Source: Marispirochaeta sp. (GTDB lineage Bacteria; Spirochaetota; Spirochaetia; JC444; Marispirochaetaceae). From it: DNA of 64,000 bases. The DNA lies in NCBI GenBank assembly GCA_963676835.2, contig CAXXFF010000002.1, positions 480,001 through 544,000 of the forward strand, in the 5' to 3' direction. Below are positions 46,860 to 56,214 of this stretch, one piece after another (positions within the stretch are counted from its first letter, which is position 1; each line of letters opens with the position of its first letter). The notes under the pieces were generated by a model. It was not told where the DNA came from and ran no database searches. It worked only from the letters and a program-made list of their open reading frames with translations. Made by a program: the position numbers and the translations under genes.

Positions 46860-48352
46860 GCGGCTTCCATCCTTTTCTTCCTTAACTCATTAACAGCGGT
46901 GAAAATTACAAACAGAAAGGCTATTCCAAGGAGAACGCCAGAGATGGGACTTGTCAAAAACGGCAGATAATCCCCCTTGCTCATCTGGAGACCTCTGCGA
47001 AGATTGGTTTCCGCCATCGGGCCGAGAATAAAACCGAGGATAATCGGAGGAAGAGGAAAACCTAATTTTTCAAGGAAATATCCCGAGAATCCAAAAAGCA
47101 GCAAGGTCCAGACATCAAACATACGGCTGTTTATTGTGTATGACCCGACCAGACAGAGAACAAGCACCAGGGGCAGGATGTAATACTTCGGAATGGCAAG
47201 CAGCCGCACAAAAATGCGTATCCCGAAATACTCAAGAAGCAGCATCGCAATACTTGAAAGTATAAGAGCCGCAAAAATCGTATAAACAAACTCGGGGTTA
47301 TTGGTAAAGAGCAACGGACCGGGGGCCATTCCATGAATCGTAAACCCGCCGAGAAGCATTGCAGTTACGCCGTCTCCCGGTATGCCAAGTGTCAGGAGAA
47401 TAACCAGTGCACCGCCGATTGATCCGTTGTTGCTGGTTTCTGACGCGACAATACCATCAATAATTCCCGTACCGAACTTTTCCGGATACTTTGATCCTTT
47501 CTTGGCTGCAGTATAGGCAATGATGTTGGCAGTACCTCCGCCGATTCCCGGAAGGATTCCCACACCGGTGCCGATAACAGCAGACCGCAGGGCATTAAAA
47601 ATCTGAGATTTTGCTTCCGTTAGGGAAAACCCGAATCCGCGAATAGCCGCACTTTTTGTCTGCGCCCTGGCGGTAATGCTGCGGCTTTCAGAAGATTTCA
47701 TAATTTCCGATATTGCGTACAACCCGACCAGTGCCGGAAGCAGGGCAAATCCGGCATCAAGATTATAGACTCCATACGTAAACCGGGGAACACCGTCAAT
47801 GGGGGCCAGCCCCACCATTGCGAGCAGCATACCGTAACCTCCGGCAGCAATTCCCTTTGCAAGACTTTTTCCGGACAAACCGGAAATAAGGGTCAGAGTC
47901 AGTATTGCAAGGGCAAAATACTCATACGAGCCAAACTGCACCGCAACATCCGCCAGGGGAGGAGCAACAAAAACCAGAACCGCCACTCCGAAGAGTGTCC
48001 CGATAAAAGAGAAAAAGATTCCCACTCCCAGGGCCTTTCCTGCCTGCCCCTTCATCGCCAGCGGATACCCGTCAAAGGTAGTGGCGATGGAAGAAGGGGT
48101 ACCGGGAATATTCAGCATAACCGCAGCAATAAGACCACCGGAAACCCCGCCGATATACAACGAAACAAGAAGTGCGAATCCCGACATGGGATCCATACCA
48201 AAGCTGATAGGCAGACATAACGCCACCGCCATGGATGCAGTAAGACCGGGTATAGATCCGAAGATAATCCCCAATGTGGTACCAAAAAGAATAATTCCGA
48301 GGTTGCTGAGTGTTAAAAGTGTTTTAAATCCGAACAAAAAGTATTCAAGCAT
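46856..48352 (-). CDS. tctA: tripartite tricarboxylate transporter permease
   Basis: G.IPGL, NIPGTPSS..T.FDGYP, LPGIG, ETSNN, LTLGIPG, PGP. Confidence 0.94.
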   Translation of the reverse strand: MLEYFLFGFKTLLTLSNLGIILFGTTLGIIFGSIPGLTASMAVALCLPISFGMDPMSGFALLVSLYIGGVSGGLIAAVMLNIPGTPSSIATTFDGYPLAMKGQAGKALGVGIFFSFIGTLFGVAVLVFVAPPLADVAVQFGSYEYFALAILTLTLISGLSGKSLAKGIAAGGYGMLLAMVGLAPIDGVPRFTYGVYNLDAGFALLPALVGLYAISEIMKSSESRSITARAQTKSAAIRGFGFSLTEAKSQIFNALRSAVIGTGVGILPGIGGGTANIIAYTAAKKGSKYPEKFGTGIIDGIVASETSNNGSIGGALVILLTLGIPGDGVTAMLLGGFTIHGMAPGPLLFTNNPEFVYTIFAALILSSIAMLLLEYFGIRIFVRLLAIPKYYILPLVLVLCLVGSYTINSRMFDVWTLLLFGFSGYFLEKLGFPLPPIILGFILGPMAETNLRRGLQMSKGDYLPFLTSPISGVLLGIAFLFVIFTAVNELRKKRMEAA

Positions 48353-48361
48353 ACGAAACTC

Positions 48362-48907
48362 CTACCAGATCAAACCAGGTATTATCCCGAAGGGAAGATA
48401 CAATCTGAACCCGTAAATAAATCCGAAGTAGACCACCAGAGAAAATACGACTGACAGCAACAATACAAAGCCCCGGTTTATACCGCCATGCTGCATAACC
48501 CGTATCTGAAAATTAAGATAGAAAATAGTTGACAGAATAAATCCGAAATACTCCGTTACCGCAAAATAGATAAGAATAAGCAGGGGGGTTAATATAATCG
48601 AATTGTCATATTCAGTTTCCCCGCATGCCCCCGCACTCCCTGATCGGGAGGAAACACCCTTCCTGCATTCCCAATGTCTTATCAATGCCCTGAGAAGCAG
48701 AAAGATACCAATACCAATAAGAAGCAGACTTATCAGTTTCGGGAAAAAATCCGATCCAATTTTGGAGACAACAGTCTTCCTGATGGGAAAGGAAGAGATA
48801 AAAGTAAATAATGAGAACACAATCAATACCGAACCGGCAACGATGTCACGGACCTCATCCGATATTGAAGGGATCTTCAGCTTTAAAGCTTTGTTGAACA
48901 TGTCCAT
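48362..48907 (-). CDS. tctB: tripartite tricarboxylate transporter small subunit
   Basis: G..FFP, GFI.ST, F...LP.G. Confidence 0.88.
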   Translation of the reverse strand: MDMFNKALKLKIPSISDEVRDIVAGSVLIVFSLFTFISSFPIRKTVVSKIGSDFFPKLISLLLIGIGIFLLLRALIRHWECRKGVSSRSGSAGACGETEYDNSIILTPLLILIYFAVTEYFGFILSTIFYLNFQIRVMQHGGINRGFVLLLSVVFSLVVYFGFIYGFRLYLPFGIIPGLIW

Positions 48908-48933
48908 TTCTATGTCCTTATTCCAGACAGGAG

Positions 48934-48977
48934 ACAGAGTGAGCCTCCCCTCTGCATAGAGAAGAGGCTCACTGTGT
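48934..48977 (-). terminator. stem-loop between tctC and tctB
   Basis: ACAGAGTGAGCCTC...GAGGCTCACTGTGT. Confidence 0.6.
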
Positions 48978-49011
48978 TAACCTGATAATGTACGTTGAAA
49001 TTGAAATTCTA

Positions 49012-49992
49012 CTACTGGTTTACAACATCCTTGAAACCGTCATAAATGCCCGCGACTTTCTTGATGTGAGCCAGGGATTCCTCCCGGTTCATGAATTGGA
49101 TTTCCATCTTGGCCTTAAGAGCCTCGTCCAGAAATGAAGGATTATGTGCCACCCTGTCCAGGGCTGCACTCATGGTATCGACCACTTCGTCAGGAGTTTC
49201 TTTCGGAAAGAAAATTGCAAAATAGTATCCGTCATGGGTAAAATCAACTCCCTGTTCCCTGGCTGTAGGAACATCCGGAGCCAGGGGATTTCTTTCATCA
49301 CCGAACATACTCAGACAACGAAAATCTCCGCTCTGTACATACTGTTCCGCACTGCCCCACAGTCCAGGCATAACATCGATTTTGTTTCCCTTGAGAGCGG
49401 CAATTTTCTGAGAATTGGTTCCTACGTCTACAATGTTAAATTCAATACCCGCAGCCTGCTGGAATGCCAGAGCCATAAGATGTGTGTAAGCCCCGGTTTC
49501 AGTCGCATAGGTAATAGTGCCGGGAGCAGCTTTTGCCTTTGCAATAAGATCAGGCAGATCTTTAATATCAGACTTGGAATTTACATAAAAGCTGGATGTA
49601 TTCATGTGAGAAACAATGCCCGCAACCTTGAAGGCATCGTAGGAGAAATCAGTGATCCCCATCAGATTACTGATAAGCATACTGTTATGAAAATACAAGG
49701 CAGTATATCCGTCGGCTTTCGAGTCCATAACTTTACGTGCAGCAAGACTTCCACCTGCACCGGCCATGTTCACAACAACCATCGGCTGTCCAAGATCCGC
49801 TTCCAGGTATTTGGCAATAAGCCTGCAGCTTACGTCAGTTCCACCCCCGGCATTCGCCGGAACAATAAACTGAACATTTTTCTCCGGGTACGATGCCGCC
49901 GCCCCGGATGCACCCTTCTCCTTGCCGCCTTCGGCAAAAACTGCTGACACAACAAGAGATGCCAGTAGAATCAGACATAATCTTTTTTTCAC
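49012..49992 (-). CDS. tctC: tripartite tricarboxylate transporter substrate-binding protein
   Basis: YPEK...IVP..AGGGTD, N..GAGG, ADGYT, PDVPT; GTG start at 49992 behind AGGAG. Confidence 0.92.
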   Translation of the reverse strand: MKKRLCLILLASLVVSAVFAEGGKEKGASGAAASYPEKNVQFIVPANAGGGTDVSCRLIAKYLEADLGQPMVVVNMAGAGGSLAARKVMDSKADGYTALYFHNSMLISNLMGITDFSYDAFKVAGIVSHMNTSSFYVNSKSDIKDLPDLIAKAKAAPGTITYATETGAYTHLMALAFQQAAGIEFNIVDVGTNSQKIAALKGNKIDVMPGLWGSAEQYVQSGDFRCLSMFGDERNPLAPDVPTAREQGVDFTHDGYYFAIFFPKETPDEVVDTMSAALDRVAHNPSFLDEALKAKMEIQFMNREESLAHIKKVAGIYDGFKDVVNQ

Positions 49993-50032
49993 TATTCCTA
50001 CTCCTTTTAGAAAAGATTGATGAGTCTGATAG

Positions 50033-50049
50033 TGCAAACAGGATGCCAA
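50033..50049 (-). promoter_or_regulatory. sigma54 -24/-12 promoter of tctCBA-uroD-like operon
   Basis: TTGGCATCCTGTTTGCA (GG-N10-GC), 40 bp upstream of tctC. Confidence 0.85.
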
Positions 50050-50198
50050 ATTCTTTTGATATTTTGTATTTTCCCCAAAAAATGTGCATCTTTTACGACG
50101 AATATCGCTACATATCCCGGATACGTATAAAAATACGCAGATATCTACTACACACACATCTATCTGTATATGAGTTTATTTATAATATTTTGCAGTTA

Positions 50199-50217
50199 CG
50201 TTTCATCGAATGAAATG
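50199..50217. promoter_or_regulatory. candidate enhancer (UAS) for the PrpR-like activator
   Basis: CGTTTCAT-CGA-ATGAAATG, about 150 bp upstream of the sigma54 site and abutting the activator's own -35 (TTGACA 50222). Confidence 0.6.
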
Positions 50218-50255
50218 TTTTTTGACAATTCTGCAACACAAGAGTAACATATGGC

Positions 50256-52193
50256 ATGATCAAAATGCTTCTCATCGCACCTTATGAAAAAATGGTGGAA
50301 GATTTTTCACGAGTATTCAACCAGCACAATCAAACCAGCCATAAGGCTGAGTACGAAGTAGAGCAGTATTCACTGGAAACAGTTGTTGCACGGGTTCCTG
50401 AAGACCTGCCGGATTTCAACTTCAATGTTGAAGTTGTTATTTCCCGCGGACTGGTATCCTCCGGACTGCGCAGACTGAATGAATACATCCCTGTGGTGGA
50501 AATTCCCGTCGCAGCCAACGACATTGTCAGGGCATTAAGCAAGGCTGGCAAAATCAATAACAATATCGGACCTGTGGCAGTTACAGGCTCACCTAACATG
50601 ATCATGGGGGCGGAAGATATTGCCGACATCCTCGGTATAGAAATCAAAACCTACCTGATTCCAACTGATGAAGATATCCCTCTGGTTGTGAATCAGGCCT
50701 GTGCCGATGGTGCAGCAACATTGGTCGGAGGCATCAGTACCACTGCCCTGGCACGCTCCATGGGTTTAAAAAGCGTTCTACTTGAATCTGGTAGAGAATC
50801 AATATGGCACAGTATTACCGAAGCAAAACGGCTGGCTTACCTCATGCGCCGGGAAGAAGAAAAAACCGCCCGGCTGAATACCGTATTGAATCACTCGGAA
50901 GATGCAATTATTGTTCTGGACCGAAACAACACAGTTACCCTTTTAAATAAATCTGCAGAAAGGATATTCCATTCAAGTTCACAAGACTACAGGAACAAGC
51001 CGGTTGAAAAAATTTTCCCCTCCTGCCCTGACCTTGATTATCTCTCTAACGCTGTGCCTCAGGAAGCAGTCGTAGTTGAGCATAATGGCCTGACACTGAA
51101 TATCAGCGTATCATCCCTGACAGTACACAATGAGGTTATAGGAAAACTGTTGACCATACAGGACATTTCTAAAATTCAGGAACTGGAAAGAAAAATCAGG
51201 GAGAAGCTGTATGAAAAAGGGCATGTAACCCGGCACAGCTTCGATGATATAAAAGGGACCAGCAGTGCAATCAGGGAAAGCCTCCGAATCGCCAAAGAAT
51301 ACAGTACAGCAGAATCGACAATCCTCATTATAGGAAAAACCGGTACTGGAAAAGAGCTCTTTGCCCAGAGTATTCACAACGAAAGCAGACGGCGAAACAG
51401 ACCTTTTATAGCCCTCAACTGTGCTGCCCTCAGTGAACATCTGCTGGAGAGCGAACTCTTCGGGTATTCTGAAGGAACCTTTACAGGCGGCATGAAAGGG
51501 GGCAAGCCCGGTCTTTTTGAACTCGCTCATCTGGGGACAATTTTTCTCGATGAGATATCTGAAATACCGCTGAATCTGCAGGCCAAACTACTGCGGGTAT
51601 TACAGGAAAAAGAGGTACGCCGTATGGGAGATGACAAGGTTATACCCCTGGACGTACGTATTATATCAGCTGCAAATATAAACCTTTACGACCAGGTGGA
51701 AAAAGGCCTGTTTCGGGAGGATTTATTATACCGGATAAATATTCTTGAGCTGACATTGCCTGATTTAAAGGAACGGCGGGAAGATATCCCCATTCTTGTT
51801 ACATCGATTATGGAGAACCTAGGAAAATCCCGAACCAGGAATATTTCACTAAGTGCAGACGCCCTGGAGTATTTAACCGACTTAAGCTGGCCCGGGAATA
51901 TTCGGCAGCTCAGAAATATCTGCGAGAGATTGTCTGTCTTATACAAGACAAAGCAGATAGATATTGAGGATATACGCAAAATCCTTCCATCCCCAAAAAC
52001 CCTTTCACCTTCCTGCGACGACGAACTGTTTTCTGATAATTTTTTGAGGCAGCAGCAGATTGAACATGAACGCACCAGAATAGTAAAAGCACTGAAAGAG
52101 GCGAATTTCAACAAGGGAGAAGCTGCCAGCATACTGGGTATCAGTCGGGCAACACTGTGGCGAAAAATGAAATCCCTTAACCTGGAATACTGA
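50256..52193 (+). CDS. PrpR-like sigma54-dependent activator (PrpR_N + PAS + AAA+ + Fis HTH)
   Basis: VISRG, GKTGTGKE, ESELFGY..GTFTG, FLDE, WPGNIRQL, LGISRATLWRK. Confidence 0.92.
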   Translation: MIKMLLIAPYEKMVEDFSRVFNQHNQTSHKAEYEVEQYSLETVVARVPEDLPDFNFNVEVVISRGLVSSGLRRLNEYIPVVEIPVAANDIVRALSKAGKINNNIGPVAVTGSPNMIMGAEDIADILGIEIKTYLIPTDEDIPLVVNQACADGAATLVGGISTTALARSMGLKSVLLESGRESIWHSITEAKRLAYLMRREEEKTARLNTVLNHSEDAIIVLDRNNTVTLLNKSAERIFHSSSQDYRNKPVEKIFPSCPDLDYLSNAVPQEAVVVEHNGLTLNISVSSLTVHNEVIGKLLTIQDISKIQELERKIREKLYEKGHVTRHSFDDIKGTSSAIRESLRIAKEYSTAESTILIIGKTGTGKELFAQSIHNESRRRNRPFIALNCAALSEHLLESELFGYSEGTFTGGMKGGKPGLFELAHLGTIFLDEISEIPLNLQAKLLRVLQEKEVRRMGDDKVIPLDVRIISAANINLYDQVEKGLFREDLLYRINILELTLPDLKERREDIPILVTSIMENLGKSRTRNISLSADALEYLTDLSWPGNIRQLRNICERLSVLYKTKQIDIEDIRKILPSPKTLSPSCDDELFSDNFLRQQQIEHERTRIVKALKEANFNKGEAASILGISRATLWRKMKSLNLEY

Positions 52194-52244
52194 AGCAGGT
52201 AGCTCTTTATTGCTGCATAAATCCTGTACAGATAGAACTTTTCC

Positions 52245-52300
52245 TTGACAACCCGAATATAGTGCCTTAGCATGGTATTTACCCCTTCGATGGTATACCA
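52245..52300 (+). promoter_or_regulatory. sigma70 promoter and GntR-type operator
   Basis: TTGACA(52245)-N17-TAGCAT(52268); perfect palindrome TGGTATACCA at 52291-52300. Confidence 0.65.
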
Positions 52301-52436
52301 AGTGTATATATTGTTGCGCCTTTGTGTCCTGCACGATGTACACAAAACGTATTGATCGTAGCGGATGGTGTTGTTTTCTTTTCGGGAGTACAATTGATTG
52401 CTTTCATCAGCAATCACATTTTTAAGGACTTGATAC

Positions 52437-53096
52437 GTGAATAAGAGTGAAATCATCGATGACATCAAGAACAAAATTCACAATGAAACCTATGCTCCCG
52501 GAGATTATCTGATAGAACGGGATCTTTGTGAATTTTACGGTATCAGCCGTACTCCCATGCGGGAAATTCTCTTCAGCCTGGTTAACTCAGGACTGATCAT
52601 TCAGCAGCGGGGTAAAGGTTTTTCTGTAAGAAAACTTGATATCAAACAGCTGTTTGAAATCTTCGAAGCCCGGGAGAGCGTGGAAGCCATGGCAGCACGT
52701 CTCTGTTGTCAGAAGATTACCAATACGGAACACACCGAATTTCAGAGGCTCAGGGAAGAACTCGAAACGGCAAATCCCCGGGAAAACGCCGAGCAAAGTA
52801 TCAGCTATGGTCGGAATATGCACCAGATGATCATCCAAATTGCCGGAAACACCCTGTTGTCCGAATTCTACGAAAAGCTGAACAACATGGTCATACTCAC
52901 CGCCAACATGACCAGAAAGATTTCTACCATAGAAATGGATTCCCGGGTTCATCACATGAAAATTATTGATGCGATCCTTGCGGGGGATGAAAAGAACAGC
53001 GAGAATTATATGCGCGAGCATATTGTTATGACCTGCCAGCACCTTCTCCATTCCCTATATCCAAGCTACAGCGGTCTGGCTGCGAGTCAGGTTTAG
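52437..53096 (+). CDS. GntR-family regulator (FCD domain)
   Basis: PGD.L.E..L...YGISRTPMRE, plus FCD; GTG start behind AAGGA. Confidence 0.92.
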   Translation: MNKSEIIDDIKNKIHNETYAPGDYLIERDLCEFYGISRTPMREILFSLVNSGLIIQQRGKGFSVRKLDIKQLFEIFEARESVEAMAARLCCQKITNTEHTEFQRLREELETANPRENAEQSISYGRNMHQMIIQIAGNTLLSEFYEKLNNMVILTANMTRKISTIEMDSRVHHMKIIDAILAGDEKNSENYMREHIVMTCQHLLHSLYPSYSGLAASQV

Positions 53097-53151
53097 ATGT
53101 AATTAGAGCCCGTTGGGCTTTAAAATAATTATTCCTATCAAAGGAGTGTGA

Positions 53152-54165
53152 ATGATGAAAGCAAAAACTCTCTTACAGGTACTGCTGCTTCTACTCATCG
53201 GAAGCGCACTGGTATTTGCAAACGGACAGCAGGACGGTGCCGCCGCTGCAGAAAAGTCTTTTGAAATGACCTTTGCCTATGCAGGAGCAAATGGTGGTGA
53301 AGACGATCTTACCGCCAAGGAACTCAAAAACTACATCGAAGAGAAATCCAACGGTCGTATCACTGTAAAACTGTACGGTGACGAGCAGCTTGGAAAAGAA
53401 GTTGATGTTGTTAACATGCTTGAGCTTGGTACTGTTGACGGTTCCGTTATGGGTACCACCGTTCACCAGCAGGCAGCACCTGAATATAACATCTGGAGTG
53501 CATACTATATCTTCAAGAGCGGCGACGAAGTTATGTCCGTTCTTAATGGTAAAATCGGAGACCGCGTAAAGAAGGCCTTCATGGATAACAAAGGAATCCG
53601 CATCATCGGTTACGGTCTCCGCGGTCCCCGTTACCTCACATCACTGCGACCTATCCGCAGTGCATCAGATGTAGCCGGACTTAAAATACGTGTTCCCCTG
53701 CAGCCCATCTACGTAGCAAGCTGGGAAGCTCTGGGCGCACAGCCTCAGTCCATCGCTTACGGTGAGCTCTACATGGCACTTCGTCAGGGCGTTGTTGAAG
53801 CACAGGAAAACCCCCTTGCATACATCTATGCCCCTCACTTTGATGAGGTTCAGGACTACGTTAACCTTACCGGTCACCAGCGGTCTTTCTTCACCTATGT
53901 AATCAGCGACAAGTTCTATCAGAAACTTCCTGCTGATCTTCAGGCAGTAATCGACGATGCAGGTGTGTATGCAACTAAATACCACAATAATCTTCAGGCA
54001 GGCGGCGAAGCCGACTACCGCACCAAACTTGAAGAGAAAGGTATGGAGTTCATCGACGTAGATGTTCCTTCCTTCCAGAAAGTTCTCAAGAGCATCCCCG
54101 ATCAGTTTGCTGACAAATGGGTTCCCAACCTGTTTGCCGATATTCAGGCTGAACTCGGAATGTAA
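53152..54165 (+). CDS. dctP: TRAP substrate-binding protein, copy 1
   Basis: EEKSNGRI, QLG, LKIRVP, ELY.AL.QGVVEAQENP. Confidence 0.93.
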   Translation: MMKAKTLLQVLLLLLIGSALVFANGQQDGAAAAEKSFEMTFAYAGANGGEDDLTAKELKNYIEEKSNGRITVKLYGDEQLGKEVDVVNMLELGTVDGSVMGTTVHQQAAPEYNIWSAYYIFKSGDEVMSVLNGKIGDRVKKAFMDNKGIRIIGYGLRGPRYLTSLRPIRSASDVAGLKIRVPLQPIYVASWEALGAQPQSIAYGELYMALRQGVVEAQENPLAYIYAPHFDEVQDYVNLTGHQRSFFTYVISDKFYQKLPADLQAVIDDAGVYATKYHNNLQAGGEADYRTKLEEKGMEFIDVDVPSFQKVLKSIPDQFADKWVPNLFADIQAELGM

Positions 54166-54197
54166 TTACTGAATATCCCCAAGGGTATTCAAAATGG

Positions 54198-54223
54198 AGC
54201 TGCCGTCTTCCGACGGCAGCTTT
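54198..54223 (+). terminator. stem-loop after dctP copy 1
   Basis: AGCTGCCGTC-TTCC-GACGGCAGCT-TT. Confidence 0.65.
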
Positions 54224-54300
54224 CGTTGTCTCAACAAGGTGCCCGGAAATCCGTTTGACCGGCCCTTAGCATTTTTAACTGAAAGGATTCAGAGGCATTT

Positions 54301-54756
54301 ATGGAAAATAAAATTGTCCGTATTCTCGAGTACTTTATCGGCGCGCTGCTGATAGGCATGGTAGTCCTGCTTTTTGCACAGGTGCTTACCCGCTATGTAC
54401 TCCAGGGTTCTCTTCTGTGGGCAAGCGAAATGGCCACCTGGCTTTTTGTCTGGATGGTCTACATTGGTTCCGTTGTACTGTATATGAAGAAGAAGCATGT
54501 TGTAGTAGACATTGTCAGCTATTTTCTCCCTGCCAGGGTTAACGCTATTCTGGAAATGATCTCTTCCATCATCATTTTTATCTTCATGCTCATCCTGTTC
54601 AAGGAATCAATTCCGATTGTAATTTCCTACTCAAAACAGACAGCAACTGCAATTGAAGTTTCGAAAAAGTACCTTTTTTCTTCACTTTCTGTCGCAACAT
54701 TTCTGATGATCTTTGCTGCAATTTTCCGCTTTATCAACGCAATGAGGAGGCGCTGA
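54301..54756 (+). CDS. dctQ: TRAP small permease
   Basis: QVLTRY, WASE, HVVVD, 4 TM. Confidence 0.9.
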   Translation: MENKIVRILEYFIGALLIGMVVLLFAQVLTRYVLQGSLLWASEMATWLFVWMVYIGSVVLYMKKKHVVVDIVSYFLPARVNAILEMISSIIIFIFMLILFKESIPIVISYSKQTATAIEVSKKYLFSSLSVATFLMIFAAIFRFINAMRRR

Positions 54757-54757
54757 A

Positions 54758-56032
54758 ATGTTGTTAGTTGTACTTATAGTCATGCTGACAGGGTTTGCAA
54801 TCGGTATTCCTGTAGCTTTTACCCTGGGTATAGCCGCTCTGTCCTACTTCTTCATGAACCCCGGACTGCCCATGCTGCTCATCCCGCAGCGCTTTGTTAC
54901 CGGTACTGAATCTTTCAGCCATATGGCGATTCCCCTGTACATGCTTGCCGGAAATATCATGAACTCCACCGGAGTTACCGACCGGATTTTCCGCTTTACC
55001 CGGGCACTGGTTGGACACTATACCGGTGGTACCGCCCATGTGAATATCCTGGCAAGTTTCATTTTTTCCGGTATGTCCGGTTCAGCCCTTGCTGATGCCA
55101 GCGGACTGGGAAAAATCCTTATCAAGGCAATGGAAGATGAAGGCTACGACACTGAGTTTGCCGCTGCGGTAACCGGTGCATCCGCTACCATCGGTCCCGT
55201 ATTCCCCCCCAGTATCCCCATGGTACTGATTGGTGGTGTTGCAGGTATTTCAATCGGAAAACTATTTGTGGGCGGTATTATTCCGGGAATTCTGCTTGCC
55301 GTTTACATGATGGTGACGGTTTACTTTATTTCCAAGAAACGGAAATACCCCAAGTCTGAAAAAGCCAGTATGGCCGTGCTTGGAAAAGAGTTCATCGGAG
55401 CGCTTCCTGCCCTTTCAACACCTGTTGTTATTCTTGGAGGAATCCTGGGCGGATTCTTTACTCCTACGGAAGCTGGTGTTGTTGCGGTAGTATACTCTCT
55501 GCTGATTGGTATTTTTGTTTACCGGCAGAGGGACTGGAAACATATGTTTGAGATGGTAATTGATACCGCGAAAGGCACAGCCAACATAATGATAATCGTT
55601 GGTGCAGCCTACTCCCTGGCCTGGGTTTTCTCCCGGGAACAGGTCGGACTGCTGCTGACCGCCGGTTTTACCGCCATTTCATCCAACCCGACAGTTATTC
55701 TCATTCTTATCCTCATCGGATTTCTTGGAATGGGCTGTATCCTCAATCCTTCAGCAAATATCATCATCTTTATTCCAATGTTGATGCCCCTGGTTAACTC
55801 TGTGGGTATTGATTTGATTCACTTCGGTGTTCTGGCAACCCTGGTTCTCATGGTTGGCCTGGTTACGCCGCCGTTGGGCTTGAGTATGTTTATCATCTGT
55901 GAAATTACAGGGATATCCACTATACAGTTTACCAAGGCCATGGGCCTGTTCTTCCTTGCACTGCTTCTGGTCGTACTTACCATGATCTTCTTCCCGGCAA
56001 CAGTTACCTGGCTGCCGAGTGTGATTATGTAA
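54758..56032 (+). CDS. dctM: TRAP large permease
   Basis: AIP, FSGMSGSALAD, PPSIPM, TPTEA, TPP.G. Confidence 0.94.
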   Translation: MLLVVLIVMLTGFAIGIPVAFTLGIAALSYFFMNPGLPMLLIPQRFVTGTESFSHMAIPLYMLAGNIMNSTGVTDRIFRFTRALVGHYTGGTAHVNILASFIFSGMSGSALADASGLGKILIKAMEDEGYDTEFAAAVTGASATIGPVFPPSIPMVLIGGVAGISIGKLFVGGIIPGILLAVYMMVTVYFISKKRKYPKSEKASMAVLGKEFIGALPALSTPVVILGGILGGFFTPTEAGVVAVVYSLLIGIFVYRQRDWKHMFEMVIDTAKGTANIMIIVGAAYSLAWVFSREQVGLLLTAGFTAISSNPTVILILILIGFLGMGCILNPSANIIIFIPMLMPLVNSVGIDLIHFGVLATLVLMVGLVTPPLGLSMFIICEITGISTIQFTKAMGLFFLALLLVVLTMIFFPATVTWLPSVIM

Positions 56033-56144
56033 AAGCAGAGTATTTCTACTTTTTTTGTGGGAATCCGTAAAACGGATTCCCATTTTTTTTCACTTTTTCT
56101 GAGCATCGTACTCCTTTCTGGTTATTTCTTTTATAAACATTTTC

Positions 56145-56201
56145 TTGACAATACGCACCGGCTGGCTTAAAGTTAACTGTTATTTTGCATGCAAAATAAC
56201 A
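56145..56201 (+). promoter_or_regulatory. sigma70 promoter and 24-bp palindromic operator of dctP copy 2
   Basis: TTGACA(56145)-N17-TAAAGT(56168); TGTTATTTTGCA|TGCAAAATAACA at 56178-56201. Confidence 0.75.
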
Positions 56202-56214
56202 ACACTGAGGAAAA

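Noticed and set aside
49993..50157. N-terminal extension of tctC in the ORF track
   Set aside because: It contains the sigma54 promoter; the signal peptide and RBS indicate a GTG start at 49992.
51686..52474. 262-aa minus-strand ORF
   Set aside because: Antisense to the PrpR-like gene and crosses the GntR promoter; no recognisable motifs.
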